Position numbers and translations under genes: made by a program | DNA from: Promethearchaeota archaeon | Lineage (GTDB): Archaea; Asgardarchaeota; Lokiarchaeia; Sigyniarchaeales; SOKP01 | Assembly (NCBI GenBank): GCA_048941265.1 | Contig: JBHLNT010000030.1 | Span: 1 to 33,517 of the forward strand | Reading direction: 5' to 3' | Length of the DNA: 33,517 bases | Part shown: positions 10,317 through 18,709 of the stretch, piece after piece | How positions within the stretch are numbered: position 1 is the stretch's first letter | Layout: each line of letters starts with the position of its first letter | Notes under the pieces: model-generated | What the model saw: the letters and a program-made list of their open reading frames with translations, nothing else | Told to the model about the DNA's origin: nothing | Databases searched by the model: none

Positions 10317-10760
10317 ATGGTTAACTATATGAATAAAATAGATTGGATTTATATCATTGATGACACTGGAGCAACTATTTTTAGCTATGAGATTCATGTC
10401 CAAGGATCGGGTAATGTTAGTCATGCCTTATTATCCCACTTCCTTTTTGCTTTACAATCAATTGGGAAAAATCTTAAGGATAGTGAAATAAAAAGTATAG
10501 AAATGAGTAATAATAAATTTCTTTTAAGCAAAGAAAAGACAACTCACAATCTCTTTATTTTAAAATCAAATCGGGATGCAGATCCTCAATTAATTAAAAC
10601 ACTTTTAAAACAAATTCAAGATAAATTTGTTAAGAAATTTTTTGGATATAAGAAACTATATGCTGATGACAAAATAGAACTTTTAAATTCTTTTAAAGAA
10701 GATATTAGAGAAATTCTTAAAGAAAAAACTAATATTGAGAAATTTTCTGAAACCTTATAA
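10317..10760 (+). CDS. Stand-alone longin/roadblock-like domain protein (copy 1)
   Basis: WIYIIDDTGATIFSYE...LLSHFLFALQSIGKNL...IKSIEM...LFILKS...LLKQIQDKFVKKF; size and pattern fit a longin fold. Confidence 0.7.
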   Translation: MVNYMNKIDWIYIIDDTGATIFSYEIHVQGSGNVSHALLSHFLFALQSIGKNLKDSEIKSIEMSNNKFLLSKEKTTHNLFILKSNRDADPQLIKTLLKQIQDKFVKKFFGYKKLYADDKIELLNSFKEDIREILKEKTNIEKFSETL

Positions 10761-10901
10761 ATAGCTCAGTTTAATTCCCCAATTTTGATATATTATATTT
10801 TTAATTACCAAGAACAGTTACAGAAAAAACTCAAAACATAAATAATTTTAATTTTATTAAATAGGTATAATTTTTAATATCTTCAAAGGTTGAGTTTAAA
10901 A

Positions 10902-11468
10902 ATGAAGGATACAAGTCAGATGGATAAAAAGATCATGTTAATGGGACTAGAGAACAGTGGAAAATCCTCTATCTTGTTAAGCTTAAAGGAAGATACAAAT
11001 TTATTATCATTCCTTTCCCTAAAGCCTACAAGAGGGGTAAAAATTGAGAATTTTAAAATACCACAATCTAATTTGATTATATGGGAATTTGGTGGACAAG
11101 ATCAATATCGTCAAGAATATTTGGAACATTTTGACAGATATTTTGATAAAGTTGACAATATAATCTATGTTATTGATATCCAAGATATTGATAGACACGA
11201 ATTATCTTTAAGATATTTCAAGGAAGTATTAGATTTACTCAAAAAAAACAATATAAAGGTTGATATTTCAATATATTTCCATAAATTCGATCCACACTTA
11301 ACCAAACAAGAAAAATTCAAAAACATTGATACATTAACTACTCCAGATCTAATTAGGAAAATAAGACAAATTATTCCTACAGAATATAAATATAAATTTT
11401 ATAAGACAAGTATTTATACAGTATTTGACACAATTTTAATAACAACATCCGATGAAAATTTTGCTTAA
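10902..11468 (+). CDS. Small GTPase, Rag/Gtr- or Arf-like (copy 2)
   Basis: GLENSGKSS, KPT, WEFGGQ, HKFD, TSIY; clear paralog of 9741..10292 (track start TTG 10890). Confidence 0.88.
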   Translation: MKDTSQMDKKIMLMGLENSGKSSILLSLKEDTNLLSFLSLKPTRGVKIENFKIPQSNLIIWEFGGQDQYRQEYLEHFDRYFDKVDNIIYVIDIQDIDRHELSLRYFKEVLDLLKKNNIKVDISIYFHKFDPHLTKQEKFKNIDTLTTPDLIRKIRQIIPTEYKYKFYKTSIYTVFDTILITTSDENFA

Positions 11469-11487
11469 ATAGTAAGGTTCCAAAAAC

Positions 11488-11919
11488 ATGAATGTGATAA
11501 ATTGGATTTATATCATTGATAGTTCTGGAGCAACAATTTTAAGTTTTGAAAATCAAATCCAAGGAACCGGTGTCAGTACTTCTGCTTTATTGTCTCATTT
11601 TCTTTTTGCATTACAATCTATTGCGAAAACTCTACAAAACAATGAAATAAGAAGCGTTGAGATGAGTAACAATCGATTCTTTTTATGCAAAGAAAATATG
11701 ACTAACTACTTATTCATAATAAAAACTAATAGAGATGCTGATACTCGCGTTATAACACCAGTGTTGAATGAAATAAAAAACAAATTTCTCGAGAAATTCA
11801 AAGGACATTTTAGACTAGACATTGAAGATAAAATAGCATTGTTAAACGCATTTAAAGAAGAGATTAAGAATATTGTTAATGAAAAAACCAATATCGAGAA
11901 ATTTGTTGACACCCTTTAG
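11488..11919 (+). CDS. Stand-alone longin/roadblock-like domain protein (copy 2)
   Basis: Paralog of 10317..10760 (shared WIYIID, LLSHFLFALQSI, EMSNN, EKTNIEKF). Confidence 0.7.
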   Translation: MNVINWIYIIDSSGATILSFENQIQGTGVSTSALLSHFLFALQSIAKTLQNNEIRSVEMSNNRFFLCKENMTNYLFIIKTNRDADTRVITPVLNEIKNKFLEKFKGHFRLDIEDKIALLNAFKEEIKNIVNEKTNIEKFVDTL

Positions 11920-12040
11920 GAAATTAAATTTAATTTAACTATGAACCTAAATTATTTTATTTTGAAAAAAAGTTTTAAAAGCTCTAAAAATCTTATTAAT
12001 CTTTAATTAAGATTGAATCATAATGTAAAAAGTAAATCAA

Positions 12041-12652
12041 ATGAGGTCGGATAGTGTTTGCACATGGAAAAACTCTCAGATTTGCGAAAATTGCGCACTT
12101 AAGGATAATCTAAAATGTAAATTTAACATAAAGCATTTGTTAAGTTTTCTAGCCACCTTTTTAATTTTCGCAGTTCCCTCAATTATTGGTGTGATTATTT
12201 CAGGTTATGGTTGGTTTTTGTTAGGTTGGTTTGGATTTTGGTTATTTTTTTTCAATTTCTGGGAAACTCGTATTCTCTGTCGGCATTGTCCTTTTTATGC
12301 TGAAGAAGGCAATATTCTCCATTGTAATGCCAATTATGGATGTTATAAACTTTGGAAATATAGCCCTAAACCTATGAATAAAGTAGAAAAGGTCCAACTT
12401 GTGATCGGATTCACAATACTTAGCGGATATCCTTTGATATTTATAATTCTTGCTAAACAATATCTCTTCTTAATAATCTCATTAGCAGGATTAATGATTT
12501 TTTTTGGTATTTTATTAATTAAGACGTGTTCTAAATGCATTAACTTCTCATGTCCTTTAAATAGAGTTCCAAAACAGGTTATTGATGCATATCTCAAACA
12601 GAATCCTTTGATGAAAAACGCTTGGGAAGCTGCGGACTATATCATTAAATAA
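12041..12652 (+). CDS. Cys-rich four-TM membrane protein of unknown function
   Basis: Four hydrophobic segments; Cys clusters CENC, CRHCPFY..LHC, CSKCINFSCPLN. Confidence 0.65.
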   Translation: MRSDSVCTWKNSQICENCALKDNLKCKFNIKHLLSFLATFLIFAVPSIIGVIISGYGWFLLGWFGFWLFFFNFWETRILCRHCPFYAEEGNILHCNANYGCYKLWKYSPKPMNKVEKVQLVIGFTILSGYPLIFIILAKQYLFLIISLAGLMIFFGILLIKTCSKCINFSCPLNRVPKQVIDAYLKQNPLMKNAWEAADYIIK

Positions 12653-12786
12653 ATCTGAATTTTTAATGATGGTTTTTTGATTTTTTAAGATATAAATATT
12701 ATTAATATTAATTTATTGTATTCCTTACATTTTTTAAGAATGACCCTATTATCTTTTAGATATTAATTACTTATCACTTTTGCAAA

Positions 12787-13401
12787 ATGAGTAATAATTC
12801 AGAAGACTTAAAAGATCTTAAAGAAGAAAAGGAACAATCCCAATATGAACCAGAAAACTCAGCTGAAAATTTAATAGAAAAAAAATCGGAAAATCATAAT
12901 AAAATTGAAAGCCTCCTAAAGAAAATTCATGAATTAGAGAGTCTTAATAAACAGTTAAATGAAAAAATCGAAGAGATAAACACCTCTAATCTGGAAAATC
13001 AAATCAGTAATCTTAAGCAAAAATTAACAGAATTAGAAAATGAAAAAACGACTCTTTTAGAAAAGAATAAAGAATTAGAGGCCAAGCAGGAATATACTGG
13101 TTTTCTAGAAACAGAAATTCGCCGAATGGAGAATATTATTGACAATTTACAGACTTCAGTCCAGGAACTCGAAGAAGAAAAAAAAATTATGAGTAAATCT
13201 TTTGAAGAATCAACAGATCAAAAAATGGAAGTAGAAGGACAAATTTCCGAAATAAGAAGAGCCTGTCCCCTATGTGGAAATAATATTTCTTCCCAAATCC
13301 GTGAAATGATTGATAAGACCAATCTTATTTCTGATTATCCGAAATTATACGGAAAGAAATATCAATGCGGACAATGTGGTACAGAATGGCATAAATCATA
13401 A
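12787..13401 (+). CDS. Coiled-coil protein with C-terminal Zn ribbon
   Basis: E/K/L heptad-rich body; CPLC...CGQCGTEW; paralogous C-terminus to 22106..23308. Confidence 0.8.
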   Translation: MSNNSEDLKDLKEEKEQSQYEPENSAENLIEKKSENHNKIESLLKKIHELESLNKQLNEKIEEINTSNLENQISNLKQKLTELENEKTTLLEKNKELEAKQEYTGFLETEIRRMENIIDNLQTSVQELEEEKKIMSKSFEESTDQKMEVEGQISEIRRACPLCGNNISSQIREMIDKTNLISDYPKLYGKKYQCGQCGTEWHKS

Positions 13402-13584
13402 TAAAATCCTAACATATTTATGACATAGAGAAGCTTCAAAGTTGATGTAAAGAATTTAAGAAATATAAAATGATCTTCATTATCTTTTTTTATGTTATAT
13501 CTTTTCTGAACTTAATTTTTTGGATAAAAGAATTAAATAATATGAGATTTAAATACATTCTATCTGAAAAATTTAGGTGTTAAA

Positions 13585-14469
13585 ATGGGTAGGCTTGATG
13601 GGAAGGTAGCAGTAATTACGGGGGGAGCCAGTGGAATTGGCAAGGCATCCGTTGAGATTTTTGTAGCAGAAGGTGCTCATGTCGTATTTGGAGATATTCA
13701 AGATGAGAGAGGCAATGCACTTGTAGATAAGCTAGGACCAAATGCATTATATCTTCATACAAATGTACGTAACGAATCTGAAATTAAGGCATTGATCGAT
13801 CGTGCTATCGATAAATTTGGACGCCTTGATGTTATGTTTAATAATGCGGGATTTGGAGGTGCCTATGGTCCGATAGATGAAACCCCTGTGGATGCATTTG
13901 ATGTAACTATAGAAGTGCTGTTTCGAAGTGTGTTTCTCGGCATTAAACATGCAGCATTAATAATGAAGAAGCAAAAATCAGGAAGTATTATTAATACCGC
14001 AAGTGTTGCAGGTCTTAGGACAGGTATGGGACCTCATCTCTATAGCGCGTGTAAGGCAGCCATAATTCAATTAACTCATACTACTGCTGCTGAATTAGGT
14101 GAATTTAATATTCGCGTAAATTGCATATGTCCCGGAGGTATTGCAACTGCTATATTTGGAAGAGGTCTTGGATTGCCCCAAGACGCGGCAGAAAGAATGG
14201 CTGAATTTTTAAAACTCCGTTTAAAAGAAATACAACCGATTCCATGTGCAGGGTTACCAGAAGATGTTGCTAAAACGGCATTATTTCTTGCAAGTGACGA
14301 TTCCTGCTTTGTATCAGCGCATGCTTTAGTGGTAGATGGCGCATTAATTTGGAAAGGAGTTATTGAGCAGAACTGGGAAGAACTTAATGATTTTTTGGAA
14401 AAGTTGGGCATGGGAACTATAGAAGAGGTTTACAAAAAAGTGAATGCAGATATCGCAAAAATGAAATAA
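13585..14469 (+). CDS. Short-chain dehydrogenase/reductase
   Basis: TGGASGIG, NNAG, YSACK catalytic motif, NCICPG. Confidence 0.95.
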   Translation: MGRLDGKVAVITGGASGIGKASVEIFVAEGAHVVFGDIQDERGNALVDKLGPNALYLHTNVRNESEIKALIDRAIDKFGRLDVMFNNAGFGGAYGPIDETPVDAFDVTIEVLFRSVFLGIKHAALIMKKQKSGSIINTASVAGLRTGMGPHLYSACKAAIIQLTHTTAAELGEFNIRVNCICPGGIATAIFGRGLGLPQDAAERMAEFLKLRLKEIQPIPCAGLPEDVAKTALFLASDDSCFVSAHALVVDGALIWKGVIEQNWEELNDFLEKLGMGTIEEVYKKVNADIAKMK

Positions 14470-14642
14470 TATCTAGTTCTTATATTATCAATTTATTTGT
14501 TTCTTTTATTTTAAAACTTTTAAATAATGTAAAGTCGAATTATTTAATTAAGTTAAAAATTTGTTAATTAATTCAAAGAAATACCAATAGTTAAATTTCT
14601 TGTAAATATCAAAAAAGTCCAAATAATAGAGGTGTCTTTTAA

Positions 14643-17600
14643 TTGTCATCTGAATTTGAAGCAGAATTCTCTTCAACATTCGAAAGTGGTAAAGCTTACT
14701 TTGAGCAAGGTAATTATAAAGATGCGATTAAAAAATTGGACATCGCTCATTCATTTAAACCCACCCATAGAGATACATTAAAACTTCTAGGAGCCTCTTA
14801 TTTAAATATAGGAGCTTATCAATTAGCAATAGCAAAATTTAAAAAAGCAATAGAGTTATATTCTGAAGATAAAGATTTCTATCTTTATCTTGCAAAAGCT
14901 TATCGCGAAGAAAAAAATTACCAAAAGGAAACAGAAATCTATCATCTTCTCTCAGAAAACATTCCTGGTTTTAAAGATTCATTCTTTTTCGAAGCGTTAT
15001 CTTATTATAGAGAAAAAGAATTTATAAAGATTGAAAATATTTTATCAAAAGCAACCCAATTTGATCCATTAGACGACAAAGAAATTAATTTATTAATAGA
15101 ATTAAAAAATTATATTGCAAAAATTCAAGCAAAATTATTGGAGAAAAATTTTTCTAAAAAAACTGTTTATTGGAGGGTTGTATTCTTCCCGATCTTAAAA
15201 AAATATTATTTTTTTACAGAAAGTATTACCCCAGAATGTTTTAGGAATGATGTAAGAAATATGTTGCTCAATATAAGAAATCTTAATGAAATTATTTCGA
15301 TCATTGACACATGTGGATACACTCCACTTTTAATAATGAGTTCAAATCAAGATGAGTATTATGATATTAGGAATCAGATATTTAAAAATATTGATTTTGA
15401 TATTCAGACAGAACACTCATCTTATTCAGTAAAGATCGAAAAAAGATTTGGGATAATTATAGGTGATAAATTTCAAGAATATATCGATTTTTTTAAAGAG
15501 AGAAGTGGATTTGCAGATTTTTTAGAATTAATTAATGAAATCCAAATCAACACTGAAAGAGATATCAATATTGATGTAAACATATTTAAAAATTATAATA
15601 AAGCAGATAAAATTGAATATCTAAAAGAATGTTTTATAGAGTTCTCCAAAATAAAGGATATCATTGATGAGAGATATCATAAGTTAAGATTAAGTAAATT
15701 TAAGGATTATGAGAAATTAAAATGGTGGTTTGATCTTCTAGACAGAAATGAAGAAATATTAAAATTTTCTGATTTTATGCTTTTCGTTCCAATTTCTATT
15801 CCAAAGATCTTATCATATGTGATGATTCGGTTCACTCCTAAAACTAAAGATAAATTGTTAAAGATTATGCTAAATGAATTTAAGAATGATGCTATTATTG
15901 ATGTATTTAAAATTCAAGCTGCAGCACCAGAATATCTTTTGATAATGCAGGCAGATTCATTGTTTGAGTTTTTTGAAATGATAAATTCGATGTTTGATGA
16001 GAAAGGTGTTCATGTGATTGAAACTAAATGTGTTTTACGTCTTTGGAAATATGAAAATTATATTAGTCCTCTTCAACCAAAACCAATTTATACATTTGAT
16101 TTTAAAAATTTGACTAAAGATAATGTGAAAGAGGAATTAAGACCTGAAATTATATGCGGCAAATTATGGAATGAATCTGAAATTATTAACTTTAGAAAAA
16201 ACTACAAATTAGAAGAAAATATTGAAATATCTCGCTGTAAAGATGATTTACATTTTGAAATAGAATATGATAATAAAGATTATAATAAAATAATTAATAG
16301 CAATTCGCTATTTGACGATTACATATATAAAATATCTATAAAATTAGAACGGAGAGATTGGTTGAAGGTATTAATAATGTTAAAATCGATACCAGGTAAA
16401 AAACAAGAAGTTGAGAAACGTATACGCGAAAATATTCTTAACATTGAAAAAAATTATTTTTCTCGCAAGTATTACACAGTTCGGGGTTTATTTGATTATA
16501 TTATATATACGGATTGGCGTAATCTTAATAGTCTTAGAAAGTTTCGGGAAAAAATGACTCAATATTTTAAAGATAACATAATCATTAATTTTCGTTCTTA
16601 TATAGAAGGTAGATTTCTGTCTAGAGATCCAAATCCTCAAAAGCTAAAATCTTATGATATAAATCTTTTAAATGGAATAATTGCGAATTCATTGGATTTA
16701 GCATCAGAAAAAAAAAAAAGAAATTCAGGCAAAATTGATAGTTTACGTAAGAAGTTTTTATTTTTATTAGATAATCGATTGATAAATATTACCGAAAAAC
16801 CTAATTTTTCCAATTATGCTATTGAAATGCATATTGAAAATTTTGTTCATGCATTCATAAGATTTAAAGTTCGAGATTATGAACATTTTGTTAATAAATG
16901 GAAAGAAATGGAAAATAAATTATTTCTTCTAAGGACATTTGAACCCTTAAGTGATCCCTTAAATTTTATGTGTATTATTATAACAACAAATTTGAGGACT
17001 TTGTTTTGGTTTATTAAAAAGTTAGATTGTTATTGTTCATTTATCTCGATAAGTTTGATTCATAAACAGGGATTTTATCAAAAGAATTTTAGTATAGATG
17101 AATGGATTCATAATAGATGCAAGCCCTGTATAAAAGCTTTAGAAGAATTCAATTGTGATGGGTGTAAATGGTATGCTAAACGACGAACAATTCCTTCTAT
17201 TTATCCTTTCACAAATGAGAAGTTAAGAGAATGTATAATAAATTTTCGTTATCCTGAAAAGGATTTTGAAGAATGTAAAATTGCAATTATAAAATTATCT
17301 CTAAACTTCGATGAATGTATCACTTATGGTGATCTGGAAAATGTTTACATAAAAAATTTTTATAAGGATGAAATAATTGATAAGTTTCGTGAAGCATTGA
17401 ATACTGGAGCTAATATTATTCTCTTTCCGGAACTAACTATTCCTAAAGAAGAGATAATTGAAGAAATAATTAAAATTATAAAACAGGGTAATTTAAAAAA
17501 TGAAAATGGTCAGTATCCTCTTGACCAAAATTTTCTTGTTGTCGCAGGATCTTTATATGCAAAACGGGGAAGCTTTTACTTCAATCAAGCACCGATCATT

Positions 17601-18314
17601 ACAAACTTTTATAATCACCCTTTAAGTAAAGATAAGAATATCAAAAGATTTGATGCTATTAAATGTTATTTATCATCTAGAGAAAAAGATCATAACAAAT
17701 ACTATGAGGACAGGAGGATCTATAGAGGGAATGGATATATTATTTTAAAAAATACCCCTTTCGGAGACATTGGTGTTGTAATTTGTCGAGATTTTTTAGA
17801 AAGTGCTGTTATAGATAAAATAAAAGAAAAAGTTGATATATTATTAGTCCCTTCAGCTAATAAAAGTGGAGAATTTTCGGATAAATTATCTACTATAGCA
17901 GGAGAGAACTATATTTTTATCGCATATGCTAATAATGAGTATCATGAAAGCAAAATGCATGATGATATCAAAACAACAGGATTTTACGGTCCAGTTCGTA
18001 AAAATAGTAAAATCCAAACTGATGCAGAATATTGGGAGAGAAAAATACCACCAAAAAAAGAAAAATATCGGATAATTTATCAAGATTTTGACGTTAAAGA
18101 GTTGGATTATTATAGAGCAAACAGAGGAGGACTTTCTAATGATGGGCTCTGGTATTATCCAGACTGCTCAAATTATAAAAGACATAACATTACTTATCAT
18201 AATAAATTAAATCGTGAATTTAAAAAAGCTAGAAAAAATATGATAAATTTATTTTTAAGCATAAATAGAACAAAAGCTGATGAGACTTCAAAAAAATTTG
18301 AGCAATATCTCTGA
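14643..18314 (+). CDS. Multidomain protein: N-terminal TPRs, repeated Lrp/AsnC RAM-like domains, Cys4 cluster, C-terminal carbon-nitrogen hydrolase (nitrilase-family) domain
   Basis: GAGGTG SD before TTG. TPR motifs (GKAYFEQGNYKDAI, LGASYLNIGAYQLAI). RAM-like segments such as VLIMLKSIPGKKQEV...YYTVRGLFDYII. Nitrilase triad ILFPE (E930), K1007, VICRDF (C1048). Confidence 0.7.
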   Translation: MSSEFEAEFSSTFESGKAYFEQGNYKDAIKKLDIAHSFKPTHRDTLKLLGASYLNIGAYQLAIAKFKKAIELYSEDKDFYLYLAKAYREEKNYQKETEIYHLLSENIPGFKDSFFFEALSYYREKEFIKIENILSKATQFDPLDDKEINLLIELKNYIAKIQAKLLEKNFSKKTVYWRVVFFPILKKYYFFTESITPECFRNDVRNMLLNIRNLNEIISIIDTCGYTPLLIMSSNQDEYYDIRNQIFKNIDFDIQTEHSSYSVKIEKRFGIIIGDKFQEYIDFFKERSGFADFLELINEIQINTERDINIDVNIFKNYNKADKIEYLKECFIEFSKIKDIIDERYHKLRLSKFKDYEKLKWWFDLLDRNEEILKFSDFMLFVPISIPKILSYVMIRFTPKTKDKLLKIMLNEFKNDAIIDVFKIQAAAPEYLLIMQADSLFEFFEMINSMFDEKGVHVIETKCVLRLWKYENYISPLQPKPIYTFDFKNLTKDNVKEELRPEIICGKLWNESEIINFRKNYKLEENIEISRCKDDLHFEIEYDNKDYNKIINSNSLFDDYIYKISIKLERRDWLKVLIMLKSIPGKKQEVEKRIRENILNIEKNYFSRKYYTVRGLFDYIIYTDWRNLNSLRKFREKMTQYFKDNIIINFRSYIEGRFLSRDPNPQKLKSYDINLLNGIIANSLDLASEKKKRNSGKIDSLRKKFLFLLDNRLINITEKPNFSNYAIEMHIENFVHAFIRFKVRDYEHFVNKWKEMENKLFLLRTFEPLSDPLNFMCIIITTNLRTLFWFIKKLDCYCSFISISLIHKQGFYQKNFSIDEWIHNRCKPCIKALEEFNCDGCKWYAKRRTIPSIYPFTNEKLRECIINFRYPEKDFEECKIAIIKLSLNFDECITYGDLENVYIKNFYKDEIIDKFREALNTGANIILFPELTIPKEEIIEEIIKIIKQGNLKNENGQYPLDQNFLVVAGSLYAKRGSFYFNQAPIITNFYNHPLSKDKNIKRFDAIKCYLSSREKDHNKYYEDRRIYRGNGYIILKNTPFGDIGVVICRDFLESAVIDKIKEKVDILLVPSANKSGEFSDKLSTIAGENYIFIAYANNEYHESKMHDDIKTTGFYGPVRKNSKIQTDAEYWERKIPPKKEKYRIIYQDFDVKELDYYRANRGGLSNDGLWYYPDCSNYKRHNITYHNKLNREFKKARKNMINLFLSINRTKADETSKKFEQYL

Positions 18315-18469
18315 TATTGAATAAAATTATTTTTCAATTTATTCTTAATCTTTTACTAATGATAATCTCTATGTACTAAGCATTATGCAAAGCTTAAATA
18401 TCAAAAATTCAAATTATAATTATTTAATATTATAATCTGATTCAAAATATTCTAAAAATTTTAATTAAA

Positions 18470-18709
18470 GTGGTAAAAATCGTTGAAATTATTGTCCATG
18501 AAGAGAATTGCACAGGATGCCGCATATGTCAATTAATATGTTCATCCACTTACAAACAAAGATTCTCTCCAGCTGAAGCTTTCATCCAAATCGACGATGT
18601 CTATGAAATAACTCCCAAAATTTCATTTTCAGATAGTTGTATTCTCTGTGGTCAATGTGCAAGACATTGTCTTTATGGAGCATTAGAATTGAAGGAGGTT
18701 GAGGATTAA
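18470..18709 (+). CDS. Ferredoxin (2x[4Fe-4S] type), AOR partner
   Basis: CTGCRICQLIC and CILCGQCARHC; stop overlaps the AOR start (TAATG). Confidence 0.88.
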   Translation: MVKIVEIIVHEENCTGCRICQLICSSTYKQRFSPAEAFIQIDDVYEITPKISFSDSCILCGQCARHCLYGALELKEVED

